Below, piece after piece: positions 40,801 to 55,800 of a DNA stretch of 64,000 bases; positions within the stretch are counted from its first letter, which is position 1, and each line of letters opens with the position of its first letter. The translations under genes were made by a program, and so were the position numbers. Source of the stretch: Chrysomallon squamiferum (taxonomy: Eukaryota > Animalia > Mollusca); assembly GCA_012295275.1 (NCBI GenBank), contig CM022666.1, positions 9,734,001-9,798,000 of the forward strand, read 5' to 3'. The notes beneath the pieces are model-generated. The model was given only the letters and a program-made list of their open reading frames with translations, searched no databases and was not told the DNA's origin.

Positions 40801-43800
40801 AAAACGTACTTTTTCATGCCTTCAAACCAATTTTGACAAAAACTGGCTGAAAATAAAACCTGTGTTCATGGGATCAAATGAAAGATCATTCAATTACCTT
40901 TCAAACAATGTGCGACACTACGGTGTGTCATCTTTGGCGAAAACAAACTCCGCGTTTGAACATAGCATGTGCTTAGCGAAATCGCCATTACATTACGTTT
41001 TTTTACAGAACGAAGTCGCTGTTGATCTTGTGTACAGCTAGAAAGGTCTGGCGCTGTTTAAAATGATTATATTTATATGTTTTTTATATTTTAATAACGT
41101 GTTGGCTGTTTGTTTTTCTTCAATGTTCCAACTTTTAGCGTATACATTATAGCATGTGTGTAGCGAAAACGCATTCTGAAATAAATAAAATTAACATTGT
41201 TTTGCCAATTAGTTACTATCTTCAGTTTAAAACCGTCGATTATTTTGCTTTCAAAATTCTTGCGATAAACGTCAAATTAAGAATCGTAAAAATAACAAAC
41301 TATACAACATAATAGAACAATGTATTCAGAGGTATTGATGGAATGCTGAATAAAAATCTAATCATTTTTTTTAAAATGTAAAATCATAAATTGATCAGTT
41401 TTAAAACATTATTTTTGCTTGTTGATAAGCTCTATCAATAGTCAGATGATAGGTAACTTTTGTTTGCTGTCAAATCACAGCAAGTACAAAGCTAAGAAAA
41501 TTATTTTATGTTTGCTTCAAATGACAGACTTATAACACCTGTGTCTTTAATTGCCTCTAGTCTCATGATTATATACATTTTATTGTCCCTAATTAATACC
41601 TGCAACACCTTTCTGGAGTTGACTCCAAAGATTAGCTGAGTTTATGTATTGCAAAGGATTACGGTTAAACATCAAATGCTTGTAGACCTTTTAAGTAACA
41701 TTTATATATATATAATATATACATATCACAGTATCTTATTACTACCAATTATTTAATAGAGTGAAAATTGAAGCTGCTTATGTAAATAAAGTTGAACTGA
41801 AAAGGTAATATTTTTTTTATGGGCTTGGCAGAATTTTATTTTTTATTTTTATTACAAATGTTAAATTCAAGTATGTCATTTGAAAGATCTTGATAAATTG
41901 TTCACAACACAGGTTGAATTTGTCAGATAAGACAAAAACTGAAACCACTGTGTTTATTTGAACTTTTAATCATTCTGCCACGTGTCATTTTGAAGATAAT
42001 GGCATTTTCAGCATGTTATTGTGAACACACATACAAACATACAGGTCTGAAAAACATTGACCTCATTTAGCAAGTTGGTACCATCACTCTTGTTGATTTT
42101 CAGCCTTTTGTGTCAATTACTTTTCAAACTACAGTTGGCCGAAGTAGCCCTTTCTGCTAATTAGCCAAAATAGGGCTAAAAAACAACCAAATACCTGTCG
42201 TACCGATTTGCATATATCTTTTTAACCACTGGAGATAGAGTCATAATTTTGTGTGTGTTTTCATTCTTTTTGCTACAGCTTTCATTATGTGCTATTTTTT
42301 TTGCATATTATGTGAAATTAAAGTCAGAAAAAATTTGCCTGTCAGTACCTAATTCTTGTGTTGGTAAAATGCATTTCCAGATAATTATTTAAACTTTAAA
42401 CTTTGATGATGAAGTATGGCAAGACTTAGCTTAACAGTTTCCACTGTTTTGTTACATAATTTCATACATAGAGATAAAAACTGAGCACACGCACAGTAAT
42501 TTCACTAGTGACATGACCACTTTTGCCAGATTGATTTTTCAATGTTTGTATTTTTAGATTATGATCAAGACAAAAATCAGGCTACTTGACTGAAGTCCTT
42601 ACATTAAGAACAAATACAGTTTTTTTGGTGTAATTTTTAAACAGATGAATTCTAATTCATATTTTATAAGCTAGAAATTAATTTTCTTGATTGAACTCCT
42701 GTCAGAACATGTTAATTTTAATGTTTAAAAAAATAAATTATAAATGCATTTATAAAAATATTTTTATTATATTTTAACTTGTTTCTAGCTCTGGATGATC
42801 GACAGGAAACAAGTTTAATAGAAATCATGGTTTGTTGTGTGAAGCAGGCTGCGACAGGTGAATCCCCTGTAGGGAGAGGCGCTACAAAGAAGGTGACCAT
42901 TTAAAGTTATTTCAAATTCAACTTAAGTTTATTTTTATTTTTGTTCTTTTTGCTTTGCATACAATACATTAAAGAGGGAAGGGGGTGTCTGTGTAATGTA
43001 TATTATTGAAAAATAGATTTGTTAATTTCTTTAATAATGGAAACCAATGTGTGTTTACATATGTGTGTAAAGATATATTTACATATGTGTATGTGCATGC
43101 ACACATTAATCCTTTGTTTAATTCATATATCATTATTGTAATCATGTACTCAATAGCCTTGATGGGTTGTTTCTGTGGTGTCTTTGTTAATTCTTATAAA
43201 TTATGATAGCCTAGTTTGTTTATTGTGTAGTAGTGCTCTTTATGTATTATCAATATAAAATAAGACTTGATAAACACTTTTACTGATGGCGTTCCCTGTT
43301 TTTTCAAAGATATGAAAAGTTCAGTTTTAAACCATCAGAGATGAAAATGAAACTTTTCACTCACATTTGTCACACACTTGTTGTTTGAGTGTCATGACAA
43401 TTGTGAATTTGCAAGTTTCTACAATAAAAATTATGTTCCTGATTTTTGCACAAACTGACCATTATTATTCTGTATGTTTCAAAATTAATGACATTTAGTG
43501 AGTTTAATAAATATTTTATATTCAAGCTGCTGTTGTTATTTATTTATTTTTTTTTTCTGTGTTGATCATACTAAAAATATTTTTTATTTTTTTTTATTTT
43601 AGCACACTGCTAAAGAGAACAAATTGACAATGGAGGATAAAACAAAACTGACGGAACATTTTATAGGAACCCTTCCAAATTTATTACTCAAGGTAAATAA
43701 TAAACAGACTTCTGTGCTTCTTCCATGTATTATTTAGCAGAAATAAGAACTGTTACAATTTAGGATTAATCATATTTGGGTTTTTATTTTGTCATTATTA

Positions 43801-46800
43801 CATTAATACATTATTTAGTTTTCCTTTAACAGATAACTGTACTTGTTGGATCCATATGTTTATGTATCACAATTTTTGTTTATTTCCTGGTTTTATTTTC
43901 GTTGTGTGTTTCTTGAAACCTCCATGAAAGTTGACATTCTGCATACTGTTGGAAAGCGGCATTTTCACAGAGCATTGTGGGTACAATGTTCTAAAAATAG
44001 ATACAAAATCCATTGAGATATTCCTTCATTTAGTGCACCACCCTCTGAAAATATGAGAGAAAAAATTAAGATAGTGTTGCCAATGGCTTGGTCCTATGAT
44101 ATCACATGACTTATTGCTGCATTGTGATTGGTTATCAGCATTATTTCCAGTGACACGGTTTACTTCTGTTCATTGATTTTTTGGCCCACGCGTGTTGTTT
44201 AAGATTTAATTTTTCAAAATCATGGAGGCTTATTGTGGAAAGAAAACCGATACAAAATAGAAATTTGGTAAACGAAAGCTATTGCGCAAACAACAATTAC
44301 AGTCTGCACAAGAAAAATCGCAGAAAAAAAATGAGACTGCTGAAACAAGAGAGGTCATTGAAGAAATGGAATCAATCATTCAATGGCTTCTGGAGATCGG
44401 CATGCATCAGAACCTTCCCCAATGACTTCCAAAAGAAAATTGGAACATGTTTTGGAAATCAGTGATGAAGATAAAGATCATTGTCCATTTGTTAGTGATG
44501 ACAGTTGTCTTTTTGTGAATTTTAAATGTAAATATGTTATTATATGTTTCAAGTACAAACGAGAACTAACTGCACATAGTGTAACAATAATGATATTAAA
44601 AAAAGTTATATTATTAAAAGTTTTTTTATAAGAAGGAAATACATACATACATAATAATTATACATAACATCACTACAGTAGTTAGAATAAATGGAAGTAT
44701 AGTTAAAAATCTTTATTTGCTGTTTTCTCATATTTAGTTTTTTGTACTTTTCAAAAATTTTGTGAATGTGCTGCATTAAAACTATTTGTGCTAGAGATCC
44801 CAAATTTGGAATACATATTTTTAGAAACGAACACTATAAAAAGGTTGAAAGAAAATCTTGAAAAATATTTCAGTTCTTTTCATATAACCTTTATAATGTG
44901 TCTAGTACAAAAAATACGAGTGAAAAACGTAATAATTTTTTTTTTAAATAATTCTTTTGAAGCCTGTAAGAAAAGGCTAATTCTCTCTCTTTTTTTTTTT
45001 TTTTAATAGAAATACATACCTATGATGACCTCCAACAGTTGAATGATATATATTAATTGGTTTGGTTGGAGAGATTCCTTAAATTAAGTCCTGAAATATT
45101 AAAAAAAGCCCAAAATGAAAGTACCATTTGTCATGAGAAAAATAAATGATAATAGTATTTTTTAGTAACAAATGGGGATTATTTCCACCAATTCTATAAC
45201 AAAATGTAACAGTTTTGTTTTTCACCTAGCTTCTCCCCTAAGTGATTAATACATTTTATTTATTTTATAAACTTCACATAATTATTTTTTAATGATATTT
45301 TAGTATCTTATGGATGCAGAAAAAGTTGCCAACCTGCTTCAGATTCCTCAGTACTTTGACCTTGACATTTACACTGCCAGCAGACAGGAGAAGGTTTGTG
45401 TTTTGTTTCACATTTAATCTTTTCATTTTGGCATTTTATGAAAGTTATTAAAATAAATGCTACTTGTAGGAAATTAGCTGTGATATAGATTATAAACTGT
45501 CAAGTTATATGTATTCTTAAGAAAATATTTGTTAGTATAAACCTTTTTATTTCAGCTACAAAAATCTTAATGTTGTTTGTATTGTTTTTTTTATTCCTAA
45601 AGTTTACTCTTATTGTTATTTTATTTTCTCTAATCACACAAAGTAATTACTTGCAAAGTATGTAAAATGTAATAGGCTGTATGTTTGTATCACAGAAGTT
45701 CATTTTAGTACTGATGTCATTCCTGTTTTTTCAAAGATATGAAAAGTTCAGTTTTAATCCATTAAAGATGAAAATGAAACATTTCATTCACATTTGTCAC
45801 ACTTGTTGTTTGAGTGTGTCGTGATGATTGTGAATTTGCAAGTTTCTACATTATTTTACATCTGTCCATTGTTATTCGGTGTCAAACATTTAAAATCTTT
45901 AGTTTTTGTTTATTTTGAGTATTGTAAAACAGTAAAAAAAAACAACTAAATATACAGAAATTTGAGATTTAAAAATGTAATTGAAAATACCTTATATTGT
46001 TGACACTTGACAATCAGTGAATTGTTTGTGTTAGTGTCTCACTTGTTAGATTGCATAAAACTTTTTTCATTATTATTTTGCAGAACTTGGAAAGTTTATT
46101 GCGGTATCTCCATGAAATTGTTGAAAAGCACACCGACACTGAGGTTTCAATTATTAATTATTATTAATAATAATAATCATAATCATCTTCATCATCATGA
46201 TAGCATGCATTTGAAAACTTGTGTACTGGATGTTATTTTTTTTATTTTAATTAATCATGTTTTATTTTCACTGTTGTTTTATAATAATATCTGAAAACTC
46301 ATTACTTCATATAATATGCTTGAAATCTTTAAATTTTGGAACAATGTTTTATTTTCACTAATTATTTTATAACAATAATTGAAACTGTTTTGGTATTGGG
46401 GTCGTATTGCGAATGTTTTATTTTCACTGATTATTTCATAATAATGTTTGAAACATTTTACATATTGGAGTTGTGTTCTAAATGTTTTATTTTCATTGAA
46501 ACTTTTTAGGTTTTGGAGTCATGTTCTAAATGCTTCGAGTGCCTGTGCAGTGAAGAGTACGCGATTGCTGGAAAGTGTGACGTAGCAAGGAAAACTTTGA
46601 TAGACAGTCTTGTTGTCAAACACAGAGAGGCAATGCAGGACTTCTTTACCGAGGTGAGATTTTACACTTAATATTCACTTTTTAAAAAGAAAATAATTAT
46701 CTATCTGTCTATATATCTATCTGTCTATCTGTCTATCTGTGTATCAATTTCAGATTCCTAGACATTCAACTGACAGAATAATTAAATAGAATTAATGTGC

Positions 46801-49800
46801 TTAATGAATATTATGGTTTTATTGTTATTAGTACTTAATCTGATTTGTTAATCTCAAATGTATGAAGTATTTTGAATTTTTTTCTGTTTCTTCATGTTTT
46901 AAAAATATTTTTCATAAATATTATCAACATATTTAAAAGAATTTGTAAGAAAACAGCCCTCATAAAAATATTTAGAAGTTTTAGATGAGAATAGAACTGG
47001 GTATTTTTTTTTTTTTTTACCACTTTTGTGTTGTTTTTCGTCAGGGGGAACAACCAGATGAAGAAGAAATGTTTGCTCTACTTGCCAGTTTGAAAAGAAT
47101 CTCAGCATTTTATGGGTGAGCATTAACTTGATTAAGAACTAGTAAAAATTAAAAATCTTCATTTACCGTGTTAATTATAATCAGTGATGTTAAATGTTAT
47201 TTCTTACACTTGTACATTTTTACTGATTACATTAAAGTTCATTGGGTATGCTAAACTAGATAGATCTTGTTATTTTTATTTTGAAATGGAGATATTGCAA
47301 ATATGCATTATTAAACATTAATTAAAAATATTATAATTTTTAACATTAAATATTAGCAAATGTTACTAGAAATTTTTATTAAACTATGTGCTGATGTTGT
47401 AATTACAAAACTCAATATCTTCTGTTTCTTCACATAAAAGGATGAAATATAAAAATTGATATATCTTATTATTACTAATTAAATCTTACAACACAAAAAA
47501 ATATTTTCATTTGGTTATTTTACCAAATGTTTTGGTAAGCATTATATCTGTTTATACTCCACACAAGTTTAACATCTCGAATATCTTCAGTGAGTGCTTC
47601 TGTGAACAGTATACCAATTACAATACTTTGAATTATAGCAGAATATTCAGTGTATTTGTATCAGATTTTCATAAGACCAGTGCACTGCCTGGATATTTTC
47701 TGCTGCTATCATAATTCAATCTTTTCTTCTTTTTTATGTTAAATGCCACTTCAATAGTGAACAGTTTAATCTTACTACTATTTTATAACTTCTAATTATT
47801 ACTCTTTCTATTAATATTTTTGTTTTTAATATTATTCTAATTATTGTTATTATTTTATTCAAGCTGTCATGACCTGAGTAGCTGGGACATTTATGACAGT
47901 CTGTTTCAAGTTGTGAAAAGTGCTAATGAAAAATCAGCTATACCTGATGAGGTAAGGAATTTTCTTGATTTAGTGTTACATCTTCTCTCATGTATTGTGT
48001 TTAAAAAGAGATAAATATAGATAACATTTCTATTATTTATTTATTGTATTTTTTATATTTTTTATTTATTTATTTATTTTTTTATATGTTTGTTGTTCTT
48101 ATGGATTTTTTAAAAAAAACACACAAAAAGTTACTGATGGTGTTCCCTGTTTTTTCAAAGATACCAAAAGTTCAGTTTTAAACCATCAAAGAGAAATATG
48201 AAACTTTTAACTCACATTTGTCACACACTTGTTGTTTGAGTGTTGTAGAAACTTGCAAATTCACAATTGTCACATCTTTCCAGTGTGCTGTTTTGAAAAT
48301 CTGTTTTAAAGCAATAAAAATGAAAATATTTATTCAGTTTTTAAACTAAGATAAAGATAGCTAAAATGTGAGATACATTATAAGCAGAGATTATTTTATT
48401 TAATGAGAAATTTTATAAACTAATAAATTTCATTATCCAAAAATGTATTTTCCTTTCATCCTTGTGTTCTTTCTTGTCTTTGTAAATATTATATAGTAAG
48501 CTCAAACAGCAAAATCTTCATCAATAATTAGCACTAGAAGTAAATAAAGCAGAAAACATTTTGTTCTGTTTTTTGATACTTTAAATGGTGTTTTATTTAT
48601 CTGTTATCTGATAAACAAATATTTGTAAAGAATGTTTATTAAATGTTATTAAATTGGAACAGATTTTTAAAATATATATTGGAACTGCATTTCAGATTGT
48701 CTGCAAAGCAATGGGTGCCTGTCAAAATGCCATATTGTGGAATCTTCAGAAACTGAATGAAAATGATCCTAAAAAGGTAGTCTGTTTATTTATTTATTTA
48801 TTTATTTTTATATAGTGTATCTGCATGTGTGTTCTGGAGTTTTGTAATGAGTTAGTTTGTCATACACACATTTGCTTTTCTTTTAATTATCATTCAACTA
48901 AATTTTACATGATTTTTAAAAATAATATATATTAATTATTATTACATATTTTTGATTGTTCGAAACAGATAATATATTATATCAGTAATCCACTATATAT
49001 TATATAATACTGGAGAAAGTATTTATGTATTTAAATACAAGCAGAAGACATTGTTATGGCATTCCCTGTTTTTACAGAGATGTAAAATGTAATCAGCTGT
49101 TTGTATGTTTGTACCAAGGAAGTACATTTTAGTACTGATGGCGTTCCCTGTTTTTTCAAAGATATGAAAAGTTCAGTTTTAAACCATCAAACAGAAAAAT
49201 GAAACTTTTCACTCACATTTATCACACACTTATTTGAGTGTGTTGTGACTTTTGTGAATTTGCACGTTTCTACATATTTCCTAGTGTGGCGTATGGCTAA
49301 GTTAGTTGGAATGAAAGAGTGAGGTATATTGAGTCATCAGTTCCATCCTGCTGGGTAGTTTCCCACCCAAACCAGCGCTCCCTGAACTAGGTTTATGCTT
49401 ACCCAGCAATTGTGAAGCTGCAAGTTTTACATTATAAGTATGATGATTCACTGATTAGAACGAAAGCTGATGCATAATGGATTCCAGTATTAGTCCTGCT
49501 CAGTGGGAAGGTTCACTGTGTTCCTTTATGGTTTGTATGTGCTTACCACTTAGCATTTTCCTCTTTCAGTTTGGCTGTTTCATTAAATGATCTGACCCAC
49601 TTTCCTGTCTCCAGGAGGGTATTAGTAAACAATTCCTTGCTGCTGAATGAAAAAGAACAGCGATTTATGTTTCAGCAATGTTTCCACTCATTATCTATAT
49701 TGTCTTTAGCAAGTTGTATGACAGTTTTGAATTCTAGATTTAAAAAATACATGTTGGATGTCTTGTTAAATGTTTTTATTATAATCTGATGTACTTTGAG

Positions 49801-52800
49801 GTATGAACGTTAATAAATGGATTAATTGTTTTAATTAATAAATTGTTTAGGATCAGAGAAAACAAGTGAAAAAACGTCTGGCTAACCTGATGAGACACTG
49901 CCATGATCTAATGATGTATCACCAACAAGATAAAGTAGCTGAAGAAGTAAGCTTGTATTTGTTTTGTTTGTCTGTGAGAGAAAGAGAGTGAGTGTATGAG
50001 AGTGTGAAGGTATGGATATTGCAATATGTTTTGAGAGAGAGAGAGAGAGAATGAGAGAATGAGAGAGAGAATGAGAATGAGAATGAATATGAGAATGAAT
50101 CAGAACAATAATAATAAGGTATCTCCAATAAATACAATCCACTTCATGCATATTTGTTTTACAATTATTTCAGGCATATATAACAATCTGTGACCTGCTG
50201 GTGATTTTCAGCAGACATCTTGGAGATAACCCTCTACTGCAACCACTAGTGTTTGAACCAGACAAATCTCTACAGTCCCAGCTCAACAACTTCCTCATGG
50301 ACAAAGTCTTTGTAGAGGATGACGATGGTTAACAGTTTGTCTTTTTTTGGCTTCATTTTCTTATTATTTATTCATATTGATTTATTGATTTATCTTGTTT
50401 ATTCATTTAACTAAGTTTATTCATGTTCTTCTTAATTCACTTATGTTTATTGTGGTTTTGTTCTTAATTTATTATTTTATTAAAATGCTCTTTCAATTAA
50501 ATTTATTGGTTTCATGTAACTAAAATAATTCATTTCGTTCTTCTTAATTTAAAATTTAAATTTAAATTTTATTTTATTTAATTTAATTTTTTTTATTTTA
50601 TTGGTTATTTTTTTGTTTTGTTTTATTGTTTTATTTTATTTTGATTACTTGCAAGTGAAAATGTAAAATGAAGTTTTATTATTACAGATGAAGTTGATGA
50701 AAATGTGAAGATTGAAGAACTTCACAAACGTAGAAACTTCCTAGCCTGTTTCTGTAAACTTGTTGTGTACAACATTGTGGGAATCAGACTTGCTGCTGAC
50801 ATGTTTAAACATTACATGAAGGTTTCTATCTTTGTTTATCTTCTAAAACACTGATAAAACATATTTTCATGTTTTATCTTACTTAGTAATTTTCTCCTGT
50901 TTTTCATACATAGATACACAGTAGTATTTTTTAGATTTAGATGCTGTCATATTTTTAGCACTTCTGCATTGTAATAAAAGCAGTATCAAAATCATATTAA
51001 ATTGAATCCTGATGTAAAAGATTAATTAAAAGAAAGAGGAAGTTGTATAAGTAGGAATAATACAATATCTGTGGCCAGTAATATTTTGTTGCTTTCATAA
51101 TAGCACCAATATTAAAAAAAAATATTTGACATAAATATAATCTCCATGAAAGTGTAAGTTCATTCACATTTGTTGGTATGAATTATGTTATTTATTTACT
51201 TTCAGTTCTATAATGATTATGGTGACATCATCAAGGCAACACTGAGCAAGTCCAGAGAAATCAACAAAATATCAACAGCAAAAACACTAGCTTTGAGTCT
51301 TACTCAGGTAACAAATGAAAAAAAACTGTGTCATTTCACTCAAACATTTATCTCATTCTACTCTTTCTTTATCTCATTTTGACCTACTTGATTTATTGCT
51401 TTCATTTTATTTGTTTAGATTACTTTGAATCTGATTTTCTTGTTTAAATAAATCAATGACATATAGGATGCCGTACACTTTTTTTTATAGGTAGGTTTAT
51501 GTAATAAATTAATTTTGTTACAGAACATAGCACATAATTTCTTCTGTAAGTGCAAATTCTTGTAAAAGATTCCTTGCTATCAATATTAAAAGTAGTTGTT
51601 AGTGTGCAGAGATTCTCATATCATAATAAAATCATTACAGAAACTTTATATTAAAAACATTAATATAAATGTTGAGATGTTAAATAAATATTAAAGTAAT
51701 AAAAAAGCCACAAAAAACAACTTGATATTAAAAATGTTTTAAAAAGTTTAAATGTTAAATAAACATTATTTATTCTTTATTGTAAGTGCTCTGAGTTAAT
51801 GAGCAGTAGCTGCAGACTAAAAATCTCTTTGATGTAGGGAGTCATCATATTAGCAGAGTCCTTCAAGAGAGGTTTTCATTTAAAAAATAATAAAAATGAA
51901 TATATATACCAGTATCAGTATGTGATAATGATTACTTGAAAAATGTTCACAAGAATTGTTCAGCTGTCCATAGATAAACCTACATGTTTAATTAGTTATT
52001 GACACAGTGAATAAATATTTGTTGTTACAGCTGTTTAGAGAACTGCAAGAAGAACAGGGAGTTATTTCAAGATCATCTGATGCTTTCCAGTCTCTAAAGG
52101 TAATTTAGTTTTTATGTATCTTTGAATTTTGGTAGGATAATGTTTACTGTTCTGTTTACTTTCCACCTTTCTGTAGTTCTGGATCAATGGAAAGGATGTT
52201 TACTATTTTGCTGCTTTTTTCTTTGTATGGGAATATATAAACATAGTCACTGTACTTGTCAAAGAATGTTTTTTGCAACTGGAATTCAGATAACACAACA
52301 ACAATAAGTATCTGTACAAAACTAAAACAAATCTCTTAATTATGAAATGACTGTGACAATAATGAGTAAAACTGGAAGTTAGTCAGTTAAGTTACAAATA
52401 AAAGTGTTCATTGTCAATAAAACAAATATAATCAGTATATTTTGGCTTTGTCTTCCAGGAATTAGCGAGACGGTTTGCACTTTCTTTTGGTCTTGATCAG
52501 GTGAAAAACAGAGAGGCAGTAGCTGCAATGCATAGGTATGTTGTGTTTATTATAATTTGTATTTATTTTTATTCATTAATCTTCAGTACTTTTTTCCTCT
52601 AATATGATAATTCTTGACATTCCATATTTTCAATATTGTATGAGGTAAAATGATAGTTTTCTATATTGGGTCATGCCGTGTCAAATCACCCAATTGGTTA
52701 AACCCAACTGTCGCAGATTTTTATGAAACTTGGTATAATTGTTGACTGGGATCCCACTGCATCAAATCTGAAATTTTAGGCAAGTTGGACCAGTGGTGTG

Positions 52801-55800
52801 GGAGATATGGCCCCCCAAATTTTGAGATTTTGGGCAAAAATGGGAGTGACCACCAACCCTTGAACCCTCATATCTCAGGAACTACTGGGCCACTGTTCAT
52901 AAAATTGATATTGTTGAAAAGGCAATATGACAAGGATTCCAAATCTGCCATTCAAGGTCATAACAAAGGTCAAAAGGTCAGTGACCCCCAAATTTTCCAA
53001 ACTGAACAATAATGGCAGATTTGGAATCCTTGTCATATTGCCTTTTCAATATCTAAGACAGTCGGGTTTAAATTTATTTTTTTGGGGGGATGATTTGACA
53101 TGGAATGACCCTATTTCATATTTTGAGATAAGGAATCATTTTCAGTATTTAATGCTTTAAATTAGTTAATAATATTGAATAGTTTTAGAAAAAGGATCTT
53201 TATACTGAAAAACAGTTTTTAATATTCTTTATTTTCAGAGAAGGAATAATTTTCAGTCTCCAGCCACTGGACCAACACAATCCATCTGTAGCACCTAAAA
53301 ATCTTTCCTTTCTAGAGGTTCTGTGTGAATTCACTAACAAACTGATGAAACAGGACAGAAAGACAGTGTGAGTATTTTTTATTCAGATTAGTGGAGGGTT
53401 CACATACATCTATATTCATTGAAGGACAGCGTATTTTATTGTCAATCCAGTTACAAAATGGGAACCGGGGGCTAATATATTAGCTTACTCCAGTCTAGTT
53501 ATGGATTAGAGGATGGTAGATTGATAAACATATTTTATTCTCTCCATGCAGTTGTGAAACAGGAAGAGGCATACCATTATACCCATATTTTCTGCTTGGT
53601 TCATTCATGCAACAAGGGAAAGGTACATCAGCATAATCAGTATTTTTACCATATACTAATTAGCTTTTCATTGATGAAATGAACATTACTCCAACATACA
53701 CATTATATTTTCTTTTAAAATTACTGATAGAAATTTAATTTTAAACATTATTATTTGGATATAAGAAATATGAAAAAAACTGAATTTTTGTTATTGTTAT
53801 TATTTTTATTATTATCATTCAGTGTGAACTACCTGGACAAACACATACACCTGCCAGGTGGTATGGGTGCGGCTCGCTCAGAGGAATGGCAGCCATTGTA
53901 TACTTATCGTAACAGCTTGGTACAGGGAGAGAGTGAGGTGCATCCTATCACACTGAAAGAAGCAACCAGGAGAAGATATGGAAAGAGGAAAAACATGGCC
54001 AGTGACATAGGTATGTGACAAACTTTCTGAATTTGAAATTGTGAGTGGTCCTTATTTAGATTTGCTTGTTGGCAGAAGTGGAAAAAAAGGGTCACACTCA
54101 CATGTAAACACATAAATCATCCTCTCCAGTTCATTGCCTCCCTTCCCACCCCCCCAAAAAAAGAAAAAGATGCAGAATAAGAACATATTCGGTAAGTACA
54201 TTATTTTTTTTCTAGAAGTAATATTGTTGATTATCATGAAGATTTATGCTTCTCTAAGTAAACTTGCAAATATTCTTGGATGCAAACCAATTATTTATTT
54301 TTATATTTAATTTATTTATTTTTAAAACATGATTTATTTGATGTGAATCAACTATTGTGGGAGTACTCTCTAAACAGTAATGTGAAATTTCAGCTTCATC
54401 TCATATAGATATTAGCACATAAGCAATCTTTCATTCTCTTTATTTTGTGATGAAGTTTTCCTTAATGTTCTGTTTCTTAACTGAATGTCATGGAAATGCA
54501 CAAACAAGATTTCTAGAGGAAGTAGTAATAAGAACTTTCTTCCACAGCCGACAACAGCCATGACAGTTCTTTCGATCCAAGCATACCTGGACCTCAAGTT
54601 ACCTCAACTGCAGTCAAACGGCGACGTGTTGATGAAATCTCAAACCAGGGATCAGAACAAGACTTTGAGGATACGTAAGTATTAGATATTATGTTCTGCC
54701 ATTTCCCACATAGAGATGTTAAGAAAACAGTGCTGTATGAACATCCACTGGGTATCTATCTATAAGAAGCAGATTATCTGTCAATGAAGATTATATGGAT
54801 GGGTGTTAGTTTGAAAATTGAAGAAATCATGGGCTATCATAATTTCGTGAGCTATGTTTGAACTGTATTGTAAACTAACTGATAGATATTCAGAATTTAT
54901 TTTGTATTCTAGATATTGAAAAGATTTCTTTAACAGTTAACTGGTTTCTGTTTGAAGTATTGAAATGATTATTTTTCTAAAATGAGAAAATATTAAACAT
55001 TATTTTATTGAATAAATATTTATAATGAATCCACCCCTGAAAAAATGTATTACTTGAAATAAGAAAAGGGGTGGAGTTTAATAAATGCCTTATATCTTTA
55101 GTCGATTATTAATGTAGCAGACACTTGTCATATTCGTTATAAATTTGACTGGCCATTTGCCAGGTTAGTTTTGTTTTGTTATTACTTTGTGTTGTTATAT
55201 TCTTGTTTTAATTTTAATATTGTTTGATTTTGTTGATGTTCTTAGTAACTCTGTTTTTGTTCTTTTTTATTCTTTTTATTTTGTTTTTCAGTTTATGAAT
55301 TTCTGAATCAAAACAGCAATATCCATGAAATGAAAAATAGACACCTTCTGTGAACATAATTATCATTTTGATAACCATTTATTTATTTTGTATATCCCAG
55401 AAAACATTTCCAAAAAAAAGGTTTTAATAAAATTAAAATTAAAATAACATCCACATTTGTTGCAGCTAAGAATTATGAATTAACTTTCTAAATAAACAAA
55501 TAAGAAAGATTTATAAATGTATGTGCATGTCCATTTATTAAAAAGTTTCTGATAACGTGACAGTGAAATTATTTCACATTTGTTAAGTTTGTTACCAGTT
55601 TCATATCAGTCATTTCTATGCATGGATCATGTGTATTTTTTCATTCATCTAGTATGTATTCTGTATTTACATAAATAATTATTGCAGTGTATATGGTTTC
55701 TCTGTTATAAATATATACATCTGTTTCTTGTACAAACCTCTCAAATTATTATACCGTTACCATTTGTTGTCAGGTTAATTTACCTTTTTACACAGGTATA

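Larger units (their letters stand above)
43281..49274 (+). repeat. Four dispersed copies of a ~140-190-bp repeat in STAG introns (43281-43423, 45661-45850, 48132-48273, 49054-49274)
   Basis: Shared core TACTGATGGCGTTCCCTGTTTTTTCAAAGATATGAAAAGTTCAGTTTTAAACCATCA...GTGAATTTGCAAGTTTCTACA, all in the same orientation. Confidence 0.8.

Noticed and set aside
32869-41041. Duplicated ~91-95 aa ORF ([10 protein letters not shown]...) suggesting a small paralogous gene pair
   Set aside because: Both lie within the two copies of the non-autonomous TIR element, begin at GTG and show no recognisable domain.
49615-49720. Possible extra STAG exon after CTGTCTCCAG
   Set aside because: In-frame TGA after 11 codons; exons 20 and 21 already join in phase; the region looks SINE-derived.
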